A DNA stretch of 58,150 bases from a bacterium (GTDB lineage: Bacteria; Zhuqueibacterota; QNDG01; CAYUAG01), in the NCBI GenBank assembly GCA_046483025.1, contig JAWODZ010000187.1:1-58150 (forward strand), read 5' to 3'. Within the stretch, counting starts at the first letter, position 1, and each line of letters begins with the position of its first letter. Positions 31,015 through 39,716 of the stretch are shown here, in pieces. The notes under the pieces were generated by a model, which ran no database searches, was not told where the DNA came from, and was given only the letters and a program-made list of their open reading frames with translations. A program made the position numbers and the translations under genes.

Positions 31015-31691
31015 TGATTTCCCTAAAGATTAATGGACTTACAGTATCAGTGGAAAAGGGGACTACCTTACTGGAGGCAGCAAAATTTCTTGGTTTTCCC
31101 ATACCCACTCTTTGTTATAATGAAACCCTTTCTTCCTATGGTGCCTGCCGTCTTTGTGTGGTTGAAATCGGGAAAGGAGAAAAAACAAAACTGGTTTCTT
31201 CGTGTACCTATCCCGCTGAAGAGGGACTTATCGTGCGTACTGCTTCCGAACGAGTTGTGAAGGCAAGAAAAATGATAATTGAACTTTTGCTTGCCAGTTG
31301 TCCTCAATCAAAAACCATTCAGGATCTGGCGTCCAGGTTTGATGTACACCAACAACGTTTTGAACAGGAATATGAAGACTGCATCCTTTGCGGATTATGT
31401 GTTCGGATGTGTGAAGAACAGATGATGGCCAAAGCTATAGGCTTTCGGGGACGGGGTGAAAACCGAAGTATTGGAACTCCCTTTGATATCAAATCTGATG
31501 TCTGTCGCCTTTGTGGTGGATGTATGTATATTTGTCCCGCATGTACTTTACGCTGCACGTATAATGATCCTGAAAAGGCTATCTGTGGTGCATGTGCCAA
31601 TTTAAGTCCACCCTGTGTTGATAAGGAAAAATTTAATGATATGATGTGCTACATGGACCCATGTGTAGCTTGTGAAATAAAAGATGACTGA
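31014..31691 (+). CDS. NuoG/HydA N-terminal-like Fe-S subunit with no catalytic domain
   Basis: IPTLC, GACRLCVVE and SC ([2Fe-2S]); CILCGLCVRMC and CRLCGGCMYICP ([4Fe-4S]); Cys-rich tail; no H-cluster or molybdopterin domain. Confidence 0.85.
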   Translation: MISLKINGLTVSVEKGTTLLEAAKFLGFPIPTLCYNETLSSYGACRLCVVEIGKGEKTKLVSSCTYPAEEGLIVRTASERVVKARKMIIELLLASCPQSKTIQDLASRFDVHQQRFEQEYEDCILCGLCVRMCEEQMMAKAIGFRGRGENRSIGTPFDIKSDVCRLCGGCMYICPACTLRCTYNDPEKAICGACANLSPPCVDKEKFNDMMCYMDPCVACEIKDD

Positions 31692-31753
31692 TGATACCTT
31701 TTATAAGAATAGTAATGATAAATCGGAATAAAATATAAAGAAAGGAGTAGAGT

Positions 31754-33346
31754 ATGAAGACAAATTCATTCTCTCAAATAAATTCATCTGCTGCAACCCT
31801 CACAAAAAATAGAACCGAAGATTCTATAACTCCTTCCTCCGGAATGTGCGTTACCTGTGTTGATGGTTGTATAGGTATGTGTGAAATTGGTAAATCTGCC
31901 TATCGAGGTCATGAGGTTATTTATCCCCAGCCTTTTGGGGTTATAACTACAGCAGCTGAAAAAACCTATCCGGTTGACTTTTCCCATTTCAATATTATGG
32001 GAACTACAGTAGGCGCTCATGGAATAAAAGCAGATAGTGATAAAGCTATTTTCCCCAACGTCAATCTTGAAGTTAAATTTGGTCATGATAATGGAATAAA
32101 ATTTCGCTATCCCTGGATCATCCCCGGTATTGGTTCTACCAATATTGCCAAAAATAACTGGGAAGGACTGGCCATTGGTTCTGCTTTAGCCGGAACCGGG
32201 CTGACAATTGGCGAAAATGTAGTCGGTATGGATCCGAAATCAGTCATCAAAAATGGAAAAGTTGCTGATACTGATGACCTTAAACGTCGAGTCAGGCTTT
32301 ATAAAGATAATATGCGTGACGGGTATGGTGCAATCATCGTACAATCCAATGTCGAGGATACACGCCTGGGAGTGCAAGAGTATGCCATAAAAGAACTTGG
32401 AGTTGAGTGTGTGGAACTGAAATGGGGCCAGGGTGCTAAAGATATCGGAGGTGAAGTAAAAATAAAAGATTTGAAAAAGGCCCAGTTATTATATAAACGT
32501 GGGTATGTTGTACTCCCAAATCCAACTGATCCGGATGTTATCAAAGCATTTGAGCATGGTGCATTTAAAGAATTTGAAAGACATTCCCGAGTTGGCATGG
32601 TAACTGAAAAATCATTTGCCCAAAGAGTAGAAGAACTAAGAAAAGCTGGTGCAAAATATATTTTCCTGAAAACCGGTGCCTATCGTCCTGCTGATCTTGC
32701 TCGTGCTGTGGTGTTTTCTTCAAAATATAAAATTGATCTGCTCACAGTTGACGGTGCTGGTGGTGGAACTGGTATGAGTCCCTGGCGAATGATGAATGAA
32801 TGGGGCGTACCACCAATTGAACTTCATTCTCTTCTGTATCAATATGCCAAACAAATCGCTGACCGAGGTGATTACTTACCTGCCTTGGCTGTTGCAGGCG
32901 GGTTCACTTTTGAAGACCAGATATTCAAAGGCTTGTCCATGGGTGCACCTTTCGTTAAGCTTGTCGGTATGGCCCGAGCCCCCATTGCTGCTGCCATGGT
33001 TGGAAAAACCATCGGACGTGCTATAGACGAAAATCAACTACCTGTTTATGTGGAAAGATTTGGCTCTTCTAAAGATGATGTTTTTGTAACCTCAAGCTCA
33101 CTAAGAAAAGAATTGGGTGATAAAGAATTTGAAAAACTTCCTACGGGTGCTATTGGTCTTTATACGTATTATGAACGGTTAGCACAGGGATTACGTCAAT
33201 TAATGGCTGGCAATCGTAAATTTTCACTGGAATATATAACACGAGATGATATTGCAGCCCTAACCAGAGAAGCTGAAACAATCAGCGGAATACAGTATAT
33301 CATGGATGTAGATAAAAAAGAAGTAGAAAAAATCTTAAAAAGTTGA
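31754..33346 (+). CDS. Stand-alone FMN-binding glutamate synthase family protein
   Basis: IGEN, ELKWGQGAKDIGGE, LKTG, TVDGAGGGTG, AGG and GMAR (FMN barrel); N-terminal CVTCVDGCIGMC; no amidotransferase domain. Confidence 0.85.
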   Translation: MKTNSFSQINSSAATLTKNRTEDSITPSSGMCVTCVDGCIGMCEIGKSAYRGHEVIYPQPFGVITTAAEKTYPVDFSHFNIMGTTVGAHGIKADSDKAIFPNVNLEVKFGHDNGIKFRYPWIIPGIGSTNIAKNNWEGLAIGSALAGTGLTIGENVVGMDPKSVIKNGKVADTDDLKRRVRLYKDNMRDGYGAIIVQSNVEDTRLGVQEYAIKELGVECVELKWGQGAKDIGGEVKIKDLKKAQLLYKRGYVVLPNPTDPDVIKAFEHGAFKEFERHSRVGMVTEKSFAQRVEELRKAGAKYIFLKTGAYRPADLARAVVFSSKYKIDLLTVDGAGGGTGMSPWRMMNEWGVPPIELHSLLYQYAKQIADRGDYLPALAVAGGFTFEDQIFKGLSMGAPFVKLVGMARAPIAAAMVGKTIGRAIDENQLPVYVERFGSSKDDVFVTSSSLRKELGDKEFEKLPTGAIGLYTYYERLAQGLRQLMAGNRKFSLEYITRDDIAALTREAETISGIQYIMDVDKKEVEKILKS

Positions 33347-33358
33347 TTCTATTATTTT

Positions 33359-33403
33359 AAAATCCCGTATTTGATATTAATTCTTGTTAATACGGGATTT
33401 TTT
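33359..33403. terminator. Bidirectional intrinsic terminator
   Basis: AAAATCCCGTATT...AATACGGGATTTT inverted repeat between convergent genes. Confidence 0.75.
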
Positions 33404-33439
33404 ATATACTTTTTTATAAATAACTAATTTCTACTTATA

Positions 33440-36214
33440 TTAAGCAGTTTCCTTTTTAGTAAGATACCCAACTGCCTTGCTAATATCAGCATTCATTGAA
33501 ATGCATAATCTACCACCTTTATTTGACTTTTGAATATCAACAATATGAATTATTTTTGAAAATGAAGAAAATTTAGGTAATAATTCAGCAATAATATTTT
33601 TGGAATTCTTTATGAACTCTTCATTAAAAACTGTTCCATCCTCATCCGGATAGAGTGGCAAATAACGAATGGATGATTCTACCAGATCTTGAAAAAAATG
33701 AGTACCAAAAGAAAGCTCTGGAACATAATTTCCTTTTTTTCTGGCGATTTCGATAAGCATGGCAGTATTATTAATATCTGCATAGGTCACATTTACACCT
33801 AATTTTATATCACCCCGGCTGCCCCATCGTCCCGGCCCCATGAGAATAAACTGACGTTTCGGTAACAGTTTATTGATCTTGCCAATAATACTTCCGATTT
33901 TTGTCAATTCTGATATATTTGAAATTTGTCTGTAGGCTTCAGGATCTACATATACAATATATAAAATATCATTAATCAACGCATTGGAAATATAACGATC
34001 CGCAGAGAAAATTATATCATCTTCGGGTATATCTTTAGGTATAGGTGTAGGTTCATTCTCTAATATATAACTTTGAGGACGACACTGTAAAAGATATAAA
34101 TTCTCACCATCATGGGCAAATTCAATATCAATAGGATTACCAATTTTTTCTTGTAAAAGATTTAAAATAATTTTTATCTGTTGGATCAAAGGTGTTCTTT
34201 TTATTAAACCATCAAAGGTAACTATCAAATTATTTTTTTCGAAATCCAAATTATATAAAGCAGAAGGACTCTGTATGCATCCATCTTTATAAATTGAAAC
34301 AATATTATGAATATTAGGAAGATCATTTCCGAATTTCCGGAGTAATTCTGATATTTCAATAGTCTCAAAACAGTTTTTTGGTATATTGATAACATCAATT
34401 TTCTTAGGTGAATAACGACAGGCTTCATCTGGGGTAACATTTACTCTCAATTCAGGCTTACCTGGAGCAATTAATATAGGATAATCATCAGCAATCCTAT
34501 CTACGGCACGTGTACCCAAACCAGGTACAGCACGAATTAATCCATCATGGCGGCTTATGCGAGGTGACCAGAGAAATTCATTATTACTGAATGCAACTCC
34601 GGCAAAACTGGGAATAAAATAATCTCCAATCCGGTTTCCGACTACTTCCTGAATTAAAATTCCCATTTCTTCATAGTAATCCAATAGTCCTCGTTCCGAA
34701 CGATATTCTATGGGATCCGGAGAAAAAGTAGAAGCATACACTTCAGCAATGGCATCCATCAATGCTTCCAGACGTTCTTCTTTGCTTCCCTGGTTTGCTA
34801 AAAATAAACTTTTGTACTTACCGGAAAAAACCGCACCTACCCGATCTTCCAACAAGCTCGAACTTCGTACAATTATTGGTTGGTTACCAAAATCATCCAC
34901 AGCTGTAGATAATCCTTTAATAATTTCAGGGGGAAAATATGAATTTTTAAAAATTTGAATGAGATTGGGATATTCGATGCGAATTTCTTCTTTATCTTTA
35001 TATTTTTGTTCAATAACTTCATCTAAATTATTGAAGTGAATAAAATTAGTTAATCCGTCTGAGGTGATATACCAGGTTTTAGGTACTTTCAAATCTTTTA
35101 ATAGCTTTTCAGATTTTCTAAATTTATCAATTATTTGTTTTGCCAAAAATATACCGGCACTTTTACCGCCTAATTTACCCTGACTCCCCACGGGAAAAAT
35201 AATACGCTCAACAAGATCAAAATAATCCTGAACTTCAATATAATTCTTTGCCACATTCATAAATTTTAAATCATCAGACAGAAAACGACGTACTAAAGAA
35301 ACAGATAATCCCTTAGTGAGAAAAGGAGAAAGAAGACTATCCTTGGATTCCATGTAACGGTAACGCATAATCGCATCAATCAGATCAGATAATAAAGAAT
35401 TTGGATTTTCAATAGCTCTGACCAGGAATCTTGATTTATTTTCCTGTATCCATTTCTGTATACAATCCACAATTTGATCTTCATTTAAATTTATGGAAGC
35501 AATACGAAAAATTTCATTACTAATATTTAAAATATGTTCCCAGGTTTGTTTTTGACTGGCAAGATTTACTCCATGAAGAATCTCATCTTTTCTAACCTTT
35601 TTGATTGATCCAAACTTTTCTAATAGTACTTTAGCTTCCTCAAATCCTTTCCAACACAGAAAATGTAACATCTTTCGGGAAATATAAACAAAAAGTTTTT
35701 TATCTAATTTTTGCAGTGTATCTAATATTGCTCTCCACTTTACTGTTTTTTCGTTTAATAAATCTTTCTTGATCTGTTCCCATTTATTAAAATCTTCTTT
35801 TAATTTTTTATGCAGGACGGTATGGCCGATACGATCTGCTATAGTATTTATTAATCTTGTTTCTTCCTTAAGAAAGTATTTTCCCTTGGTAAGAGGAACT
35901 GCCTTTCTATATGATACAAATATTTCACCAACTCTTTTTTCCTGAATAAAAATGTGACTACTCTGTACAATCGATGTATCTTTATAATTTGGAGATTCAT
36001 ATTTTTTATTGTTGTAAATTATTCTAACCTGACATATTTCCGGATACTGCCAGCCACAGGGAATTATGTCTATTACACGTTGAAAAAGGTTCTCTAATGA
36101 AATCTCCGTATTATTGAGCAGTTCTTCAATTCTATATAAACAATCTAACTCCTTAGCTCTTTCCCGGAGATCTAAATGCTTTTTATGAATTTGAGTATTT
36201 TTCTTTTTCATCAT
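33440..36214 (-). CDS. PEP synthase/PPDK nucleotide-binding domain protein with N-terminal sensor-like region
   Basis: LGGKSAG, IVRSSSLLED, FSGKYKS, EEMGILIQEVVG, GLGTRAV, DIEFA and LLQCRP; C-terminal GPGRWGS and FGTHFF; N-terminal LRERAKELDCLY and PCGWQYPE; no pyruvate-binding barrel. Confidence 0.8.
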   Translation of the reverse strand: MMKKKNTQIHKKHLDLRERAKELDCLYRIEELLNNTEISLENLFQRVIDIIPCGWQYPEICQVRIIYNNKKYESPNYKDTSIVQSSHIFIQEKRVGEIFVSYRKAVPLTKGKYFLKEETRLINTIADRIGHTVLHKKLKEDFNKWEQIKKDLLNEKTVKWRAILDTLQKLDKKLFVYISRKMLHFLCWKGFEEAKVLLEKFGSIKKVRKDEILHGVNLASQKQTWEHILNISNEIFRIASINLNEDQIVDCIQKWIQENKSRFLVRAIENPNSLLSDLIDAIMRYRYMESKDSLLSPFLTKGLSVSLVRRFLSDDLKFMNVAKNYIEVQDYFDLVERIIFPVGSQGKLGGKSAGIFLAKQIIDKFRKSEKLLKDLKVPKTWYITSDGLTNFIHFNNLDEVIEQKYKDKEEIRIEYPNLIQIFKNSYFPPEIIKGLSTAVDDFGNQPIIVRSSSLLEDRVGAVFSGKYKSLFLANQGSKEERLEALMDAIAEVYASTFSPDPIEYRSERGLLDYYEEMGILIQEVVGNRIGDYFIPSFAGVAFSNNEFLWSPRISRHDGLIRAVPGLGTRAVDRIADDYPILIAPGKPELRVNVTPDEACRYSPKKIDVINIPKNCFETIEISELLRKFGNDLPNIHNIVSIYKDGCIQSPSALYNLDFEKNNLIVTFDGLIKRTPLIQQIKIILNLLQEKIGNPIDIEFAHDGENLYLLQCRPQSYILENEPTPIPKDIPEDDIIFSADRYISNALINDILYIVYVDPEAYRQISNISELTKIGSIIGKINKLLPKRQFILMGPGRWGSRGDIKLGVNVTYADINNTAMLIEIARKKGNYVPELSFGTHFFQDLVESSIRYLPLYPDEDGTVFNEEFIKNSKNIIAELLPKFSSFSKIIHIVDIQKSNKGGRLCISMNADISKAVGYLTKKETA

Positions 36215-36260
36215 TGAAAATATAACATATATATTCTAATAAAACAATAGATAAAATTAT

Positions 36261-36289
36261 AAGAGCGAAGCCTTTTTGACTTCGCCCTT
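36261..36289 (-). terminator. Intrinsic terminator of gdhA
   Basis: Minus strand AAGGGCGAAGTC-AAAAA-GGCTTCGCTCTT; the G-U pairs close only on this strand; followed by ATAATTTT. Confidence 0.65.
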
Positions 36290-36348
36290 TGTATATTATT
36301 TTTATAATACGTTAATTTTTACAATTTTTCATCTATTGATCATTCAGA

Positions 36349-37635
36349 CTAGACCCATCCTCGACTCTTGCATCCTTGAGCGACTCGATCAATGGAAATA
36401 ACATAAGCTGCATCACGCATATATATATCTTTCTTTTTTGATATCTCACTTACTGCATGAAATGCATTGGTCATTTTGGAATCAAGTTTTTCCAGAACTT
36501 CCTGTTTTTCCCAAAAATAATTCATATTACACTGCACCTGTTCAAAATAACTACAGGTAACACCTCCTGCATTAGCAAGAAAATCAGGGATCATAAAAAT
36601 ACCACGATCATGAATAGATTTATCTGCTTCAATAGAAGTTGGACCATTTGCACCTTCAGCGATAATCTTTACCTTTTTACTGATTTTACTTACATTTTCA
36701 GCATTAATCTGGTTCTCAAGTGCTGCAGGAATAAGGATTTCAACATCCTGACTAATCCAGGCTTCACCATCCAGAATTTCATAACCCAATTTTTTAGCTT
36801 TTTCTTTATCAATACTTCCAAAAATATCCGTTATTGGAGAAAGCTCATTCATATCTAACCCGGAACTTTTCTTAAAAGTGTATGCTTTTTGATCATCTTG
36901 ATCCCAGAAAGATGCTGCTATTGCTTTTCCACCGAGCTGTTGATACAATTCAATGGCATATTGCGATACATTGCCAAAGCCCTGAAAACTTGCAGTTGTT
37001 TGTTCTGGGTTAATGCCCATTTCTTTTAAAGCTTCCCGAACTGTATAGATCACACCATACCCCGTTGCTTCAGTTCTTCCGAGGGAACCCCCTGATCCTA
37101 CAGGTTTTCCAGTAATAACTCCAGGGTATCGCCCACCATGAATCGCTTCATATTCATCCATCATCCAAAGCATATGCTGTGCATTGGTCATTACATCTGG
37201 TGCTGGTACATCCTGCACCGGACCAATCACTTTTGCTAATTGACGTATCCAACCGCGACAAAGTTGTTCCTGTTCGCGTGAACTTAAATTATGAGGATCA
37301 CATATTACTCCTCCTTTTCCTCCGCCAAGAGGAATATCAACAACAGCACATTTCCATGTCATCCACATGGATAATGCCCGAACTGTATCGATTGTCTCGT
37401 GAGGATGAAAGCGAATACCGCCTTTACATGGTCCTCTTGCATCATTGTGCTGAACTCTGAATCCTCTGAATACTTTTACAGTACCATCATCCATACGTAC
37501 AGGAATATTAAAATGATATTCTCGCATTGTATTCCTTAAGAGATCTCTGGTACCCTGTTCAAGTTCAAGCATTTCGGAAACCTTGTCAAATTGAGCTTGT
37601 GCAGTACTAAACGGATTATAGGCTTCATCATTCAT
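36349..37635 (-). CDS. gdhA: Glutamate dehydrogenase (Glu/Leu/Phe/Val family)
   Basis: GPCKGGIRF, MTWK, GGGKGG, DVPAPD, TGKP, GRTEATGYG, QGFGNV, EGANGP and NAGGVTCSYFE. Confidence 0.93.
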   Translation of the reverse strand: MNDEAYNPFSTAQAQFDKVSEMLELEQGTRDLLRNTMREYHFNIPVRMDDGTVKVFRGFRVQHNDARGPCKGGIRFHPHETIDTVRALSMWMTWKCAVVDIPLGGGKGGVICDPHNLSSREQEQLCRGWIRQLAKVIGPVQDVPAPDVMTNAQHMLWMMDEYEAIHGGRYPGVITGKPVGSGGSLGRTEATGYGVIYTVREALKEMGINPEQTTASFQGFGNVSQYAIELYQQLGGKAIAASFWDQDDQKAYTFKKSSGLDMNELSPITDIFGSIDKEKAKKLGYEILDGEAWISQDVEILIPAALENQINAENVSKISKKVKIIAEGANGPTSIEADKSIHDRGIFMIPDFLANAGGVTCSYFEQVQCNMNYFWEKQEVLEKLDSKMTNAFHAVSEISKKKDIYMRDAAYVISIDRVAQGCKSRGWV

Positions 37636-37733
37636 GCAGTTCTCCTTTCTGATAAATAATTAAATTAAAATTTTAGTTATGTATTTAATATATTAATTCA
37701 CATTAAATGCTGATAAGTAATGTACCCTGGCAA

Positions 37734-37898
37734 TTAAAACTTTTCTGCCTCATCAATAAGCATGATGGGAATATCATCCTTTATCTGATATTTTAATCTG
37801 CATTTTTCACATATCAATTTATTATTTTCTGTATCATATTCTAAGTCTCCCTTGCATTTAGGACAGGCAAGTATATCAAGTAATTCTTTTTTTAGCAT
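37734..37898 (-). CDS. Trm112/YcaR (UPF0434) family small protein, 54 aa
   Basis: Hand translation, below the ORF-track cutoff: MLKKELLDILACPKCKGDLEYDTENNKLICEKCRLKYQIKDDIPIMLIDEAEKF; GAGGAG RBS. Confidence 0.9.
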   Translation of the reverse strand: MLKKELLDILACPKCKGDLEYDTENNKLICEKCRLKYQIKDDIPIMLIDEAEKF

Positions 37899-37918
37899 AA
37901 AATCTCCTCATCAAAAAA

Positions 37919-38302
37919 TTATCCTATTCTTTCACTACCAACAACTAAAATATAATCATTAACTACATTTCCTTTCATTACATGTTTTTTAAATATTTCC
38001 CTCATCTTATCAGGAGTAAGATCACTGTATTTAACCGGAGGTTTATCCTTTAATTCCACTGTTATCATAGGTTCCTTGCTGCAAAAACCTGCACAACCAG
38101 AAGTCTTAACAATAATATCATCAACTCCGGCTTTATCGATTTCTTCTAAGAGTGTACTCATAATTTCTCTTGCTCCGGAAGCAATACCACAGGTACCCAT
38201 ATGGACTGTAATTTTTCCTCTCCCGGCACCTTCCCGTAGGTTTGTCATCTTCCTGGTTTTATTTTTTATTTTTTCCAGATCTTCAACCTTTAATTTTGCC
38301 AT
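37919..38302 (-). CDS. Thioredoxin-like ferredoxin-domain protein (HydD/HndB-like)
   Basis: VHMGTCGIASGA, SGCAGFCSKEP and HVMKGNVV. Confidence 0.85.
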   Translation of the reverse strand: MAKLKVEDLEKIKNKTRKMTNLREGAGRGKITVHMGTCGIASGAREIMSTLLEEIDKAGVDDIIVKTSGCAGFCSKEPMITVELKDKPPVKYSDLTPDKMREIFKKHVMKGNVVNDYILVVGSERIG

Positions 38303-38318
38303 TACTATCTCCTATTTC

Positions 38319-38729
38319 TTAATGTAAAGACTTAAAAAATTCTACCAGCTCAGAAGTGGCCCTCACTGCTTTTCCATTCTGATCCATAAAACAATGGATA
38401 GTATACCCCTCTGCTTTGGGAATATTGCTCTTATCAAGGCTTACTTCATAAGACAACCAGAGTTTAGCTTTGGTAAAACTTTGCAATGTTGTTTTGACTG
38501 TAATCAGCTCATCATATTCAACAGGTTGAAAATATTTACAATTAGCTTCAATAACAGGGAGCAATACACCTGATTCTTCAATTTTTCGATAAGGGAATCC
38601 GGTATCCCTTAACATTTCTGTTCTGGCTGCTTCAAACCATTCAAAATATCTGGCATGGTACACCACTCCCATTTTATCTGTATCCGCATAACGTACCCGA
38701 TGTTTATAAAAATGAATTTTTTCAGACAT
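38319..38729 (-). CDS. Acyl-CoA thioesterase (YbgC/4HBT hotdog family)
   Basis: RVRYADTDKMGVVYHARYFEWFEAAR. Confidence 0.9.
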   Translation of the reverse strand: MSEKIHFYKHRVRYADTDKMGVVYHARYFEWFEAARTEMLRDTGFPYRKIEESGVLLPVIEANCKYFQPVEYDELITVKTTLQSFTKAKLWLSYEVSLDKSNIPKAEGYTIHCFMDQNGKAVRATSELVEFFKSLH

Positions 38730-38732
38730 ATT

Positions 38733-39689
38733 TTATTCCTTATAAAATCCCATTTTACTATACTTTTCAAGTCTTTTAGCAAGCAATTCTTCTTCATTGT
38801 ATGCTAAGAGTTGATTAAGATGACACAAAATTCTTTTCTTTAATACGGAAGAAGCTGTATCAGGATCGCGATGTGCACCTCCCAAAGGCTCCTTAATCAT
38901 TTCATCAATAATATTGAGTTCTATCAGATCTTCCGCAGTTAATTTCAAAGCTTCTGCTGCTAAGTTACTTTTGGAAGCATCACGCCACAGAATTGCTGCA
39001 CATCCTTCTGGTGAAATAACCGAATACCAGGTATTCTCCATCATCAGAGTTCTGTCTCCCAATCCCACCCCCAGGGCACCTCCTGAGGCACCTTCTCCGA
39101 TAATAATAATAAGAATTGGTATAGGCAGATGAGACATCTCAAAAAGATTGCGGGCAATAGCTTCTCCCTGTCCTCTCTGTTCTGCTCCAAGACCAGGATA
39201 TGCTCCCGGGGTATCTACTAAAACAACAACCGGACGCCTGAATTTGGCTGCTAATTTCATCAATCGTAGTGCTTTTCTGTAACCTTCGGGATTCATCATG
39301 CCAAAATTTCTATACAATTTTTCCTTTGTTGTTCTGCCCTTCTGCTGGCCCAAAATCATTATCGGTTTACCTTCTAATTTTGCCAAACCAGCAACCAGAG
39401 CCGGATCATCACCAAAATATCGATCACCATGTAATTCAATAAAATCAGTACATATCTTATCAATATAATCAAGAGTGTATGGCCTCTTCGGATGTCTGGC
39501 TAACTGAACCCTCTGCCAGCGATCAAGGTTTGCATATGTTTGTTTCATCAAAACCGTAAGTTTTTTCTCCAGGCGTTCTATCTCATCAGATAGTTCCACA
39601 TTTTCCTCAGTGGCATATGATTTCATTTCATGAATTTTTTCTTCCAGTTTAACAATCGGTTTTTCAAAATCTAAAATAAACTTATGCAT
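38733..39689 (-). CDS. accA: Acetyl-CoA carboxylase carboxyltransferase alpha subunit
   Basis: LDFEKP, ARHPKRP, ELHGDR, PEGYRKA, DTPGAYPG, GEGASGGA and VISPEGCAAILW. Confidence 0.97.
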   Translation of the reverse strand: MHKFILDFEKPIVKLEEKIHEMKSYATEENVELSDEIERLEKKLTVLMKQTYANLDRWQRVQLARHPKRPYTLDYIDKICTDFIELHGDRYFGDDPALVAGLAKLEGKPIMILGQQKGRTTKEKLYRNFGMMNPEGYRKALRLMKLAAKFRRPVVVLVDTPGAYPGLGAEQRGQGEAIARNLFEMSHLPIPILIIIIGEGASGGALGVGLGDRTLMMENTWYSVISPEGCAAILWRDASKSNLAAEALKLTAEDLIELNIIDEMIKEPLGGAHRDPDTASSVLKKRILCHLNQLLAYNEEELLAKRLEKYSKMGFYKE

Positions 39690-39716
39690 AAAAAATCTCC
39701 CGATGCAGCATCTATA

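Noticed and set aside
26936-31691. Respiratory complex I nuoEFG or [FeFe]-hydrogenase
   Set aside because: No membrane nuo genes, and the 225 aa subunit lacks H-cluster motifs.
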